64,000 nt of DNA from NCBI RefSeq assembly GCF_009914755.1, contig NC_060928.1, one strand, 5' to 3'. Below the pieces are notes generated by a model. The model searched no databases. It was not told the origin of the DNA and saw nothing but the letters and a program-made list of their open reading frames with translations. Positions 43,014 to 61,169 of the stretch are shown here, one piece after another. A program made the translations under genes and the position numbers. Within the stretch, counting starts at the first letter, position 1. Every line of letters starts with the position of its first letter. The DNA comes from the human T2T-CHM13v2.0 reference genome, Homo sapiens.

Positions 43014-43419
43014 CATAAAACCTCACACATGGATACGTTATTTAAAAGCATGGAGGCAACATAGCTAAGTTATTTAGTTTTTTGAAATATTTTTGATGGA
43101 TTTTGAGATCATTTGCTTAACATGTATGAAACATAATGCGAAACATAATGCTTTTAGACTGGTGTGCAGGAATAATTTACAGTATCAGAAAAGACAGATA
43201 TTGAGTAGTTCAATTATAGTAAGTAATTTGCATGGGATTACAAGATGAGAATCTTATTTCTTTAAGTGCAGACATGATCTAGTTTTCTTATGTGGACTTA
43301 CATATTACTATGAGATAGCTTTTTGTCCAAGGAAAACAAATATGACCAAAAGTTAAAATAATTTCAAATTAGCATCTTTGATTCTCTGAATCACAAAAGA
43401 TGAAATTACAACTCAAAAG

Positions 43420-43630
43420 TTCTTACTACTACTACTAAGTCTTCTAAGTGCTTTTAAAATTCATTTAATCATTTAAATATTTCTATGAGGTTGGTAACAT
43501 TATTATTGCCATTTCATAAAAAGGGATTCAGATACAGACAGCATTGTAACACAGGAAGTACATACAGCAAGGAAGTGGAATTCCTACCCAGGCACTTGGG
43601 CCTGGCCCAGTGTCTCTGCTCTCTATCATG
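43420..43630 (-). mobile_element. MIR SINE
   Basis: ttctaagtgcttt...ctatgaggttggtaacattattattgccatttcataaaagggattcaga. Confidence 0.6.
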
Positions 43631-45297
43631 AAACTGTTCAGCCTATCGGTAGACTAATGTATTTAGTTAATTAATTACGTATAAAAACCATTAATAAATA
43701 TCATAAATTATTTACATTAAATCTTTCTCTCAAACTTTTAGTTTTTATTTTGTGTGTTATAATGTACATACTACTCCAGAATAGAAGTATATGTAAATAA
43801 CCTACATTTCGGAAGTTAGATTGTAAACCATCTAAACCACCTGTGGCTGGTAAAGGGAAACCTATCAGAGCCTTTTAGTTCACAACACATTTTTCCTCTT
43901 TTTGTTTTTTACTTTTCTTTCCTAATCTTCTACGTTTCTATTTCTGTTATATTCTTCTCACTATCTAAGGGGAAATATGCATTTATATAATACAGTTTAA
44001 TATATTTGTTATAATAATACACAAATATCTGTATAAATGCATAAAATACAAATATATATTTGTATCATATGTATTATATAAAACAGTTTAATATATTGAA
44101 ATAAAATTTAATTAAGGTGTAATTTTATTTTTAAAGAAATCAAATGCTTGAAGAGCCAGTGATATGTAATGTTTTCACAGTAACATATATAAAGAGAATA
44201 TTTGTTTAAGTTCCTTTCTTTATTGTGGTGTTTCAAAACCAGGCTAAGTAGTCATGTCTATTCCTCATACTCACTGAAATAGTTTTTCTATTATAAGGCA
44301 TGAAATTTTATTTTAATTCATAGCTTTATTTATGTACACATTTCACTATACAAAATGCTCTACCTTCATGCTAAAACATGTTCTGTTAAGTAATGCTCAG
44401 ATAGTTAAGAATATATTACAGTAAAACAATATTTACTAAATATGTAGAAAAAAGAAAATGTTTTTAAAGCTTCATTTTTTATTTCTATTATTTTGATGTA
44501 GAGAAGAAGCAAAGAAGAGGTCCATTGTATATAACCAGAAAGCCTCTACTATTATTATAATAAATAGCTTTTTTACAATAGATTTTAAAATATTTATATT
44601 ATTATTTTTATATGCTCTAGAATTACCATTTTTATATAACTTAGTAACTTTATTAGAAAATAAGTACTAATTACTTTCATAGAAAAGTGATAGAAATTCT
44701 AAAATAATTTTTACATTGTATTTTTCTTTTAGCTTTCTTCTTTCTTGCTCAATCTTTCTTTCTCCTTGCAACTCCATACTCCCCAAACTTGCACTGCATT
44801 AAAAAAATGAAGCTATTACTTGATATCAAGAAAAATGAGAAGCCATATCCTTTCTTGGCTCAGAGAAAAGGAGAGAAGAGTATTCCTTCCTGAGAATTTT
44901 CAGCTGTGATAACAGTTTCTACTGCTGTAAGTTTAATCGGTTGCATAGCAGCTTACAGTAAAATGGGAATAGTTAATTAGAAGGGAGATAGCGACAAGTC
45001 CCTCAGGATCTTCACGCCTTAATTCCCTAGACCTCTAATTTAGCTTCCAGAAATTTATTTTATTAACAGTGAGCGCTCCCTATCGGCAAGCCACAAATAT
45101 TCTGTATCCACGATATTCATTGGTAACTAACTAATGCTTTTTATATTATTTAGATTATCTAATATTGCGTTCAAATCTACTTAATTCAAATTCTACTAAA
45201 ATGCTTTAATACCAGGTGTTCAAGACTGGGTGTTCAGATTTTTCAAGCATTTTATTAATATCCACTGGCCAAGAAAATAATCATATTGGAAGAAATG

Positions 45298-45606
<309 letters not shown>

Positions 45607-48009
45607 TTGGGAAAAATGGAGTTAGATGTAGTGTCAGAATAGATCTGTTCAATAAATCTTTTTATGCCTTTAGAAAAACTAGAAAAATATTTGTCATGAT
45701 ATTTGTATTTTTTTTCACAACTCATTTGTGGAATCCTCACACGATGTCTACTTCTGATCACCCTATGTAAAATTTCTCTCCTTACCATCTCATTGTTTTA
45801 TCCTCCTTTTCTTTTAACAGTAGGTGACACTTCAAAAATATTAAATTATGTAAAAATTTCTCAGGTATATTGCCTCCCTTAGTGTGATTGCAGACACTAG
45901 GAGGCTAGGAATCTGTTTCATTAACTAATCTAAGCCAAGTGTCTAAAATAGGACCTAGCACTATGAGGCATTCAATGTATACTTGTAGAATGTATCAGAT
46001 CTAGCTTTAATGGTTTTAACTTGGATATTTTAGTTTTACTAGATAATCACATTTATTTAGAGCTTACTTTACATCATCTACCATTCAACATATTTCAAAA
46101 TATCAATTTACAAAATAACCAAAAAAGTTAAAGGCGGGTGCAATGATTACCCATATATTACAAATAGAAAAACTAAAGTTTAGTGATTTGTGTTCTCTAT
46201 GTTCGATATATGTTTGATATATGTTTAACAAGTATAAAAAAAAAGATCTTGACTTGTAGTGTTTGCCACTTTCTATGGTGCAAACATTTTTAACCACAGG
46301 TGATTCAAGCTATGAACATGACATTCACTGGCTCACAAAATTTCAGTAGGATCACAAACACTGATATTAGCCACTGCAAGCACTCCACTGTGAAAAGTTA
46401 CATATAAATTATCTAAGATGGCTTAGTAAGAAAGAGAATATCTAGGTTATAAAATCAGAAAAATTGGCAATGCCTTCCGGGTGCAGAGTCTGGTGAGAAT
46501 TTTGAATAATATTCTCAATTTATATCAGTTAACAAAAGGTATAATTAATCTTTTTTTCTGAGTATTTCCTTCCAAAATACTTACATTTATTTTTCAACTA
46601 ATTGTCATCCTGGTTACTGTAGTTACTAAATTAATATTCTTATTTTAATTATTAATATTTTATTGGATTGCATTTGTCTATAAAATATAACAATGTTGGA
46701 TTGATAAAGTCATTTTCCTATTGCAGATTTTCTTTTCCTTTGATAAATATTGCTCTACCTAGCAGTAATATTTTGAGGATTGGGAGAACTATCTATCTTA
46801 AAGGATATATTGGATTCATCCATTTGAAATCCCCTAGCACATATTGCAGTAGACTAAAGTAGGCATTTTGAAATTTGAATCAAAATATAAATAGCAGATA
46901 GTCAAATTAAATCTCAAGGGTGAGAAGATGGAGGACATTTGAATCATATTACCAGATGTTCAGCCTCTACTGTGAATTCAAAAACAAGAAAAAAAATGTT
47001 AACTGGAAATATTTTGAGGTCATCATATATTTTAAAAATACATTTTAGATCTTTATATCATAAGCAAATGCAAGTCTTAAATTAAAAATGTATTAAAACC
47101 AAAACACTGAGAGAAAAACTATATAAATAGCTTGATTTTTCCAGACTTATAAAAGGATCTTACCTCTCATAGAACTGACTCTTCATTCTCTTTGATTTTA
47201 CATGGCAGATTTCTATTATTCAGTATTTCAACTATAGGCACAATAACCAACTCAAGTATTGAAAATTCAATCATTCCATTTTAGTAAACTTCAGTTCCTA
47301 TGATCTAATGCATTAATGGTTAGACAGAGAGAGGGTTCAATATTAAATCCTTTTTTTTTTTCATTCAGTTTCAGGTGGTTCTATTTCCAAAACTATTGAA
47401 GCAAAGGCATTAATTATACATTTCCATTATGACAGAGCCAACATCAGCAGTCACTAAGGCATAATTTCTTTAGGAGGAGATGCAGCCTGTTTTCTGATCA
47501 AGTTTCGTTTCCCACAGGGAGGCATCAGTCTTATGTTACATAGCAAGCAGGCAAGAGAAGGGAAGCAAATTATAAGCACTTCACAGGGGAAAAAAGAATG
47601 AGGATTTGACTCAGGGCATCCTATTGAAAAAATAAAATTGTCTACTTCTGTTAGTTATTTTGATTCACACACACTTACATGCACACTTATATACAGACTA
47701 GACATTCAAGATATTTATGAATTTTATTTATTTTGTTATCTTAGTAGAAATTTTACTTGACATTTTCAGGATTATTTTTTTCTTTTTCTTTCATCTTTTT
47801 TTATTATTGTACTTTAAGTTCTAGGGTACATGTGCATGACATGCAGGTTTGTTACATAGATATACATGTGCCATGTTGGTTTGCTGTATCCATCAACTCG
47901 TCATTAACCTTAGGTATTTCTCCTAATGCTATCCCTCCCCTAGCCTCACACCCCCTGACAGGCCCTGGTGTGTAATGTTCCCCGCCCTGTGTCCAAGTGT
48001 TCTCATTGT

Positions 48010-51820
<3,811 letters not shown>

Positions 51821-51883
51821 TATGATGTTAGCTGGTTATTTTGCCCAATAATTGATGCAGTTTCTTCATAGCATCAATGGCCT

Positions 51884-52925
51884 TTACCCTTTGGCATGTT
51901 TTTGCAGTGACTGGTACCAGTTGTTCCTTTCCATGTTTAGTGCTTCCTTCAGGAGCTCTTGTAAGTCAGGCCTGGTGGTGATGAAATCTCTCAGCATTTG
52001 CTTGTCTGTAAAGGATTTTATTTCTCTTTCACTTATGAAGCTTAGTTTGGCTGGATATGAAATTCTGGGTTGAAAATTCTTTTCTTTAAGAATGTTGAAT
52101 ACTGGCCCCTTTCTTCTGGCTTGTAGGGTTTCTACAGAGTAATCTGCTGTTCCTCTGATGGGCTTCCCTTTGTGGGTAGTCCGACCTTTCTCTCTGGTTT
52201 CCCTTAACATTTTTTCCGTCATTTCAACCATGGTGAATCTGACAATTATGTGTCTTGGGGTTGCTCTTCTCAAGGAATACCTTTGTGGTGTTCTGTGTAT
52301 TTCCTGAATTTGAATGTTGGCCTGCCTTTCTAGGTTGGGGAATTTCTCCTGTATAATATTGTGAAGAGTGTTTTCCAACTTGGATCCATCCTCCCCATCA
52401 CTTTCAGATACACCAATCAAACGTAGATTTGGCCTTTTCACACAGTCCCATATTTCTTGGAGGCTTTGTTAGTTTCTTTTTACTCTTTTTTCTCTAAACT
52501 TGTCTTCTCACTTTATTTGATTAATTTGATCTTCAATCACTGATCCCCTTTCTTCCACTTAATTGAATCGGCTATTGAAGCTAGTGCACACATCACGAAG
52601 TTCTCATGTCATGGTTTTCAGCTCCATCAGGTCATTTAAAGTCTTCTCTATGCTGTTTATTCTAGTTAGGCATTCTTCTAACCTTTTTTTAACCTTTTTT
52701 CAAGCTTCCTTGCTATGAGTTAGAATATGCTCATTTAGCTTGGAGAAGTTTGTTATTACCGACCTTCTGAAGTCTGCTTCTATCAACTCATCAAAGTCAT
52801 TCTCTGACCAGCTCTGTTCCATTGCTGGTGAGGAGCTGCAATCCTTTGGAGGAGAAGAGGCACTCTGGTTTTTAGAATTTTCAGCTTTTCTGCCCTTTTC
52901 TATCTTTATCTTTAGATAAAACCAT
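51884..52925 (-). pseudogene. L1 ORF1, disrupted
   Basis: KRPNLRLIGVSESDGE...TPRHIIVRFT...FQPRISYPAKLSF; ATG at 52925 runs into an early stop. Confidence 0.9.
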
Positions 52926-53542
52926 CTTTGTGGTTTTATCTACCTTTGGTTTTTGATGTTAGTGACTTACAGATGGAGCTTTGGTGTAGATGTCCTTTTT
53001 GTTGATGTTGATGCTATTCCTTTTCGTTTATGTTGATGCTATTCCTTTTTGTTTGTTAGTTTTCCTTCTAACAGTCAGGTCCCTCAGCTGCAGGTCTGTT
53101 GGAGTTTGCTGGAGGTCAACTCCAGACCCTGTTTGCCTGGGTATCCCCAGAAGAGGCTGCAGAACAGCAAATATTGCAGAACAGCAAATACTGCTGCCAG
53201 ATTCTTCCTCTGGAAGCTTTGTCCCAGAGGGGCACCCACCTGTGTGAGGTGTCTGTCGGCCTCTACTGGGAGGTATCTCCCAGTTAGGCTACATGGGGGT
53301 CAGGGACCCATTTGAAGAGGCAGTATGTCTGTTCTCAGAGCTCAAATGCCGTGCTCAGAGAACCACTGGTCTCTTTGGAGCTGTCAGGGAGGGATGTTTA
53401 AGTCTGCAGAAGTTTCTGCTGCCATTTGTTTAGCTATGACCTGCACAAAGAGGTGGAGTCTATAGAGGCAGTAGGCCTTGCTGAGCTGTGGGAAGCAGTT
53501 TGAGCTTCCCGGCCACTTTGTTTACCTGTTCAAGCCTCAGCA

Positions 53543-53809
53543 ATGGCAGACACCCTTCCCCCAGCCAGGCTGCAGCCTGGCAGGTCAGTCTCAGACTGCT
53601 GCACTAGCAGTGAGCAAGGCTCCATGGGCCTGGGACCCACTGAACCAGGCACGGGAGAAAATCTCCTGTTCTACCAGTTGCTAAGACTATGGGAAAAGCA
53701 CAGTATTTGGGTAGGAGTGTCCCATTTTTGCAGGTACAGTCTGCCATGGCTTCCCTTGGTTAGGAAAAGGAAATCCCCCAACCCCTTGCACACTTTCTGG
53801 GTGAGGTGA
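53543..53809 (+). CDS. LINE-1 ORF0 homolog (antisense ORF in the 5'UTR), 88 aa
   Basis: MADTLPPARLQPGRSVSDCCTSSEQGSMGLGPTEPGTG aligns by eye to L1HS ORF0 MAGAPPPASLPPCSLISDCCASNQRDSVGVGPSEPG; gcaATGG Kozak context; expression not shown. Confidence 0.55.
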   Translation: MADTLPPARLQPGRSVSDCCTSSEQGSMGLGPTEPGTGENLLFYQLLRLWEKHSIWVGVSHFCRYSLPWLPLVRKRKSPNPLHTFWVR

Positions 53810-54169
53810 TGCCCTGCGCTACTTTGGCTCACCCTCCGTGGGCTGCACCCACCATCCAGCCAGTCTCAATGAGATGAACCAGGTACCTCAGTTGGAAATG
53901 CAGAAATCACCCGTCTTCTGCATTGATCATACTGGGAGCTGCAGACCAGAGCTCTTCCTATTCAGCCATCTTGGAATGGAAAAACCTCTGTTTCTTTTTT
54001 CTAAAAAATTTAATTATTACCTCACAAGAATTATTTTCATAATCAAATAGTTATTCATTGAAACTAAGTAAAGCAACTGTTTGATTTTGCTGCACTCAAA
54101 AATATTGTGTACTTAACTTCATTAACTAACAAAATATTGCCGTAAAAAGTAGCTCTGTTAATTCTTCAG

Positions 54170-55427
<1,258 letters not shown>

Positions 55428-55654
55428 ACTCTTATGCTATTGCTAAAAGTTTTCTAAAAATTTCTCTCTGACACTGTGATCATATGACTGATATATTTCT
55501 CTACCACTTCAGTATATGAGCATTATCACTAAAATTTTCCTTCCCAACTTATTTATTTTCTACCTTGTCCTTGATTGAAACTGTGCTCTCCAACCTACTT
55601 TGAAGGCCACAGCACAGGTACCTAAGCGAGAGTTAGTAGGATTACAGGAGTGGT

Positions 55655-56168
55655 TCCAGTGGAGTAAAGAAGGCCACAAGAGTTTTGCCAATTCTCACAT
55701 GAAGACATATAGTCAAGTTTCCTTTCCTTTGAATATGGGGTGCCCTTGATACTTACTGTGACAAATAAGATATGACATAAGTGACATTATGATACTTCCA
55801 AGGCCAGTTTTTAAATAAAACCAGCAGTTTCTACTTCCTTCCTCTTCAGGAGATGCAGCCATCATAGTACAATACTACATACTACATACTACAGCCATCA
55901 CATGGTCAGAGTTCATAAGTAACGAGGCATCTCACAGAGAGAGAAAGGCCAGGTACAAAGCCCTCGAGACCCAGCTATGAGCGTGAAGCCTTCTTGGACC
56001 CTCCAGCTCAGCCTATTCTGCCTGCTGAATTCAACCAAGTGGGTGACTTCAGCCAATACCAAGTAGAGCAGAACAGCTATGAGGTGAACTTATTTGAAAA
56101 GGAATAAATTATTCTTAGGTCAATAAATTTGGGGATTGTTTTTAATGAAGCCATATATAAATGAAATC
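55655..56168 (+). mobile_element. Old MLT1 (G/H-like) LTR
   Basis: cctttgaatatgggg...aagtgacattatgatacttccaaggccag...aaatttggggattgtttttaatgaagccatatataaatgaaa. Confidence 0.7.
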
Positions 56169-56174
56169 GTTTTT

Positions 56175-56332
56175 GACTTTGGCTGAACATTTGAATCAAC
56201 TAGATGGTAACAATTTTAAATGATCTGGAACCAAGCCAAGAAAATTGACATTTTTAAGGGTAGAGTCTTAGCATCCCTATTTTTAAAGGCTCCCAAAGTG
56301 ACTGCAACACACAGGCAATGTTGAGAACTATG
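56175..56332. mobile_element. MER5A-like hAT MITE
   Basis: ctttggctgaacatttgaatca...tttttaaaggctcccaaagtgactgcaacacacaggcaatgttgagaact. Confidence 0.6.
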
Positions 56333-57094
56333 TAGTTAGTGTTGCTTGTGCCCAGTTCTGCTTCTAAATAACTTCTCCTGTAACATTTAAAAATTCCCCA
56401 CAGTTTAGCCTTATGTCATCTAGCTCTGTTGCTTTCAATTCTTTAGTCTGAAACGTTTTATTCTTCAAGAACACTCAGTCCTAAGCATTCTGAAAATAAT
56501 ATATCTGTTTGATGTGAAGTGTAATTAATGGATCATAACTTTAATGATTTGGTTTTCTATGTGTTTGTCTGCTTGCCTGTTTTTAACAGTCTGTTTTGTG
56601 TATCTGCATATATCTCAGTAGGAAGAGAGTCAATAAATGAATAATCAACTCATTTCTGACATATGACTCATCGAACATATATCTAAATCTTCAGAGATCA
56701 TTTTTTTTAACAACTTTTTCAGGTGTTTTAAATCTTACATTGCTAATGTGGGAAGTTGTCAGTAAATGATTCAGTGTTTCTATAAGCAGATAATTTCAGT
56801 ATTTCAAATTTCTTTATATGCCTAAGAGAGACAGGTATCTTTTCCAGATGTTAAGTAGAGACATAAATGCGAACTTAGATTCAATTAGCAAGTTCATAAA
56901 ATAGCTTATATATTTAATAGATACAATTAACTGATATTTTGGCTTTTTATCAAAATAAATCTTCTTTCAAAGATTAACACATTTTTATTGAGGAGTAATT
57001 CTATTGGGTTTATAAAAATCTTGAGAGTGAAAATGAGTCTTGCCAGTTCTAATTTATAATTCATTACTGAAGTGCTTGCATTAAAATACATTGG

Positions 57095-57300
57095 AGATGG
57101 ACAAAAACAATCATTTGAATCTAGGTTCCACCAATTACTGACTGTGTGAACTTGATGAAACCACTTAGACCCTCTCAGTTCAGTTCCTCATTTATAGTAA
57201 TAATAGTATCTATATCCCAAAGCTATTTTGAGGCTTAAAATAAGATAATGTTTCACTTGCAATTCTTATAGGAAAATTAACATTAAGTAAATATTATCAA
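57095..57300 (+). mobile_element. MIR SINE
   Basis: tttgaatctaggttccaccaattactgactgtgtgaacttg...ctctcagttcagttcctcatttata. Confidence 0.7.
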
Positions 57301-60300
57301 TCTTAATTATGTCTCAGTATCATAATAATGAGCTTGTTGAAACACAGCTAAGAAACACCCCCTACACATCATACCTCTCATCCTTCACTCCATGGAGAAA
57401 TAAAAGAGGCAGGAGATATTTGAGAAGAAATTCATGAATGGCAACGTAGATTAACTGCCCACCCCTTAAAACAAACATGGATGGCAAAAAATAACATTTG
57501 AAAATATGCAAAAAATGAATGAACATTTATTGAATGCCTACTATATGCTATGTACTTTGCTAAGAGTCAACCAAAAAGTTAACAACACACTTCAGGAAGA
57601 AAGATTATTGTCAAGTCTTATCAATTATAGATACAATTGTCTCAGAATGTTCTTGGGGTAACCAAAATCTTGCTGAATAGTGTTTAGTTAGCAGAGTGAT
57701 TTTAATTAGAATCACCTGATTAATACTAGCTTAGTATCCAGGAAGCTAATTTCATTTCTATTTATGCATAGAATCATGTGTAGGATCCAAGACTCCCGAG
57801 TTCCAGAGAGGTGCGCTTTCCATTACAACTTGCAGCTGTAGAAATAAAAGAGAACAGTAAATGCTACTTGAATTTCATGATTTCAGATATCCAGTAAAGA
57901 TGAATTCACTTGCTGCACCTGCTTGTTGTTTTATCATTCCATTTCCTATCTCCCATGTGAAATTGCCCACAGACACAACATCTATTTAAAATGATTGGAT
58001 CTTGAAAAAATGTAAATTGATATTTTATACCCCATAAGTTCTTCTGCAATGGTAATATCTGTGCTATATGCACATTGAAAATTAAATCATTTTTAAGCTA
58101 GCATAGGGCCTGTCTAATAAAAATCCTTCTGAAACCCCACTGTGTCTTCTCAGTAGCAGCTTTTCACAGTGAAGCATTTAAGCTTTTAAAAAGCACAGAA
58201 CAAATGTGATTGATTATCAGTTCACTTGCCAGATTCTGCATTGAAATTAAAGAAAGTAAAAGCTCTTCTATGAAAGTGATATAACCACCTGCAATATTAA
58301 ACCAATAAAATATGTGTTCAGCTATTTATGAAGTGTCTTGACCCAGATATATAAAGTAGCCTTCTAGTATGTAGGAGACTTATATAGTAACTGATCAATC
58401 CTTTCTAACTGTGGCAAAACAGTAAAAAGCATACCAAATTGACTAAAAGGCCAAAACACTCTGAAAGAATTCCATCATTGAAACAAATATGAAGTTAGCC
58501 ACACTTGTGATAAGCAGGACAAATGAAAAAATGCAGCCTATTAGTATGGATGTAGGAGATATTCTAAGAATTACTAATTCATTAAAAAAGATTCCCGGTG
58601 CCTGACACATAACAAATCTAGATTTGATTGAGCATTCACTTGTTTTTCTGCTTATCTAAATATTAGACAACGCCCTGATGATTTTCAAGAAGCTGATACA
58701 ATTCTTTGCAAATAGCTCTGTTATCTATAAATAGCCCATTTCTACTTAGCCTCCATATCATCTATTTTAAATGGCTACAGATAATATTTGTGCATGCTTT
58801 GTTGTTTAAGAAGTATAAACACAACCAATAAATGCTGAATTATCTAATAAATAGTAACTTTGGGATTCAATTTAGAGAGAAGCCAATCTGAAACTTGGAT
58901 GGATCTATTCAATAAATCTGTTCTTTTTGGAAGGGAAGATCTTAGCAACAGAGAATACAAGGTAGGCTAGAGCAGCATGCAATCAACATCAAAGGTTACT
59001 AGGTTCCAGGTTCCTAGGCTACCAGGAATTTTCCAGAATGATGATAAAGTATTGAAAGCGTCTTGTAGCTGTGGGTTACGTAAACCTATATGAATGGGTG
59101 ACAACGAAAGGACAAGGCTTCATTAAGTAGGAGGACCACGTTTTAAAAAGGCAACAACTTTGCCCCAGACAAATAGAATGATTGACTATGGGACAAGATG
59201 GACAAACTAAAATGGGAGAGAAAACAATAATGGATTACTAAAACATGGGTGTAACTCAGAGAATCGGTTATAAGAAACAAAGATATTTCTTATTTTACGG
59301 GAATCACCGAACAATGTTAAATCAGTGACAAAAACAAGAGACAAACAAACCCATTCATTTACTTCACCCTGGGGCTGCTTTAGATTTAGGCCTTTGATGT
59401 GGTTTACGCAGCCTCACACGTATAGTATACGGAGACAGTGGCAGGCATGAAGGTAAGCTTCTGGCAGGGAAGAATGGCATTTATTCCATGTATAGCAGAA
59501 TTCTTCACCTTTGGGTGTGTATATGGGTGTGTGAATGAAAATTTTCTGTTTGTATTGCTTCATGCAACCACTATTTATTGATGATTTAAACATCCTCAAT
59601 CAGGGCAAGATTTTAATGTACGTATATTTAATTTTTGAAATAAAAGTTCCATCAACAACGTGATATTAAAGCCAAGCCACTACCATAATGAGTAAATATA
59701 AAACTGAAGATAGCAGCAAGATAGAGCCGCAGATATAAATAAAAATCAGTAAGCCTAATATTCTGGGAATATTCATCAATTATTGTTTAAAGCAAGTCCA
59801 ACACAAAAGTTCAAAATGTTTTAAGTCATGACTACATGATCATAAAATAAAGAGGACATCACCAAGGTGGCCAACTTATTTGACAACCAATTCTGGTAAC
59901 GATAATAAAATATTTCTATGATGTATAATCACACCGTAAATATCGATAATTCTACCCAAACTTTGTAGCAAAGAAATACATTTTTGTCTTCTACCTCAAA
60001 ACTTTGTATAATAGAAATGTAGACACTATGTTAAATACTATGAACTATATTGTTCATATTTTCAGAGCAAGAAATGAATGTTTACTTAAAATTGAAGTTG
60101 TTTTTCTTCAAAAATTACTTATTCATATATGGAATAAATAGCCCAGAATAAATACAAAATATTGAGTCTTCTGATTGTCACAGTTTCAGTCATAGGTTCT
60201 GGATTTTTCATCGAATGTGCATGTATTCACAGGATTGATAATCCAATAAATTGCGCTCTACTCTCAGTCTGATGATGGATGAGGCAGTGGCAGTGTTGCT

Positions 60301-60509
60301 CTATACATGAGCACCCCCTTCTGGCCCAACCTGGATACCCATTTCTATTGTAACAACAATTTATTTGGAATATCCCTTACTATATCTTAGATAAATGCTA
60401 TCCTATGCAAATATGTAAATAGTGATATCACCTCAAGAACTTAGCTCAAGGTGCCCTGTGAATATTTGTTTCATTTTAAAAGCAAACAGAATGAACAATT
60501 AGATTAATT

Positions 60510-60978
60510 TATATTACTTTCCCATTGCTACTGCAAGAAATCACAACACTTTTAGTGGCCTAAAAGAATGCAAATTCATTATTTTACAGTTCAGCAGGTC
60601 GGTTGTCTGACATGTGTCATTCTGGGATAGAATCAAGGTCTCAGAAGGGTTTTTACTTCTTTCTGGTAGCTCTTAGGGAGAATGTTTCTCTGCCTTTTTC
60701 AGCTTCTGGAGAATGTCCACATTCCTTAGGTCATGGACTATTTCCTCCATGTTTAAAACCAGCAAATTTGCATTTCTCTGTATTTTTCTCTCATATGTCT
60801 CCTTATTCTCTCCTCCACACACTACTACCATTTTAAGGACCCTTGTGATTACATTGCTTCTATTCTGATAATTCAGGTTAATGCCTTTTTTAAAAAACAA
60901 TCAGGTGACTAGCAACTTAAGCTCATCATGCCAGGACCTGAACATATTCACAGGGTCTGGGGATTAAGACCTGGGCAT
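60510..60978 (-). mobile_element. MLT1C/D MaLR LTR
   Basis: tattactttcccattgctactgcaagaaatcac...ttaaggacccttgtgattacattg...catattcacagggtctggggattaagacctgggcat. Confidence 0.85.
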
Positions 60979-61167
60979 TGCTATGGTGTGAATGTGTGTC
61001 TCCCCCTACCCCCGAGCCCTGCATTCATATGTTAAAATCCTAACTCCCATGGTGATAGTTTTAGGACATGAAGGCTTTGGGGCGCGGGGGTGATTAGGTC
61101 ATAGAAAGGGAGCCCACATGAATGGAATAAGTGCACTTATGAAACAGGCCCAAGATAAGCCCCTCAT
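60979..61167 (+). mobile_element. MLT1A/MST-like LTR, 5' half
   Basis: tgctatggtgtgaatgtgtgtctcccc...cattcatatgttaaaatcctaactccc...tgattaggtcat. Confidence 0.8.
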
Positions 61168-61169
61168 CT

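Noticed and set aside
53159-53195. gcagaacagcaaata direct repeat
   Set aside because: A similar repeat is a normal feature of L1PA 5'UTRs.
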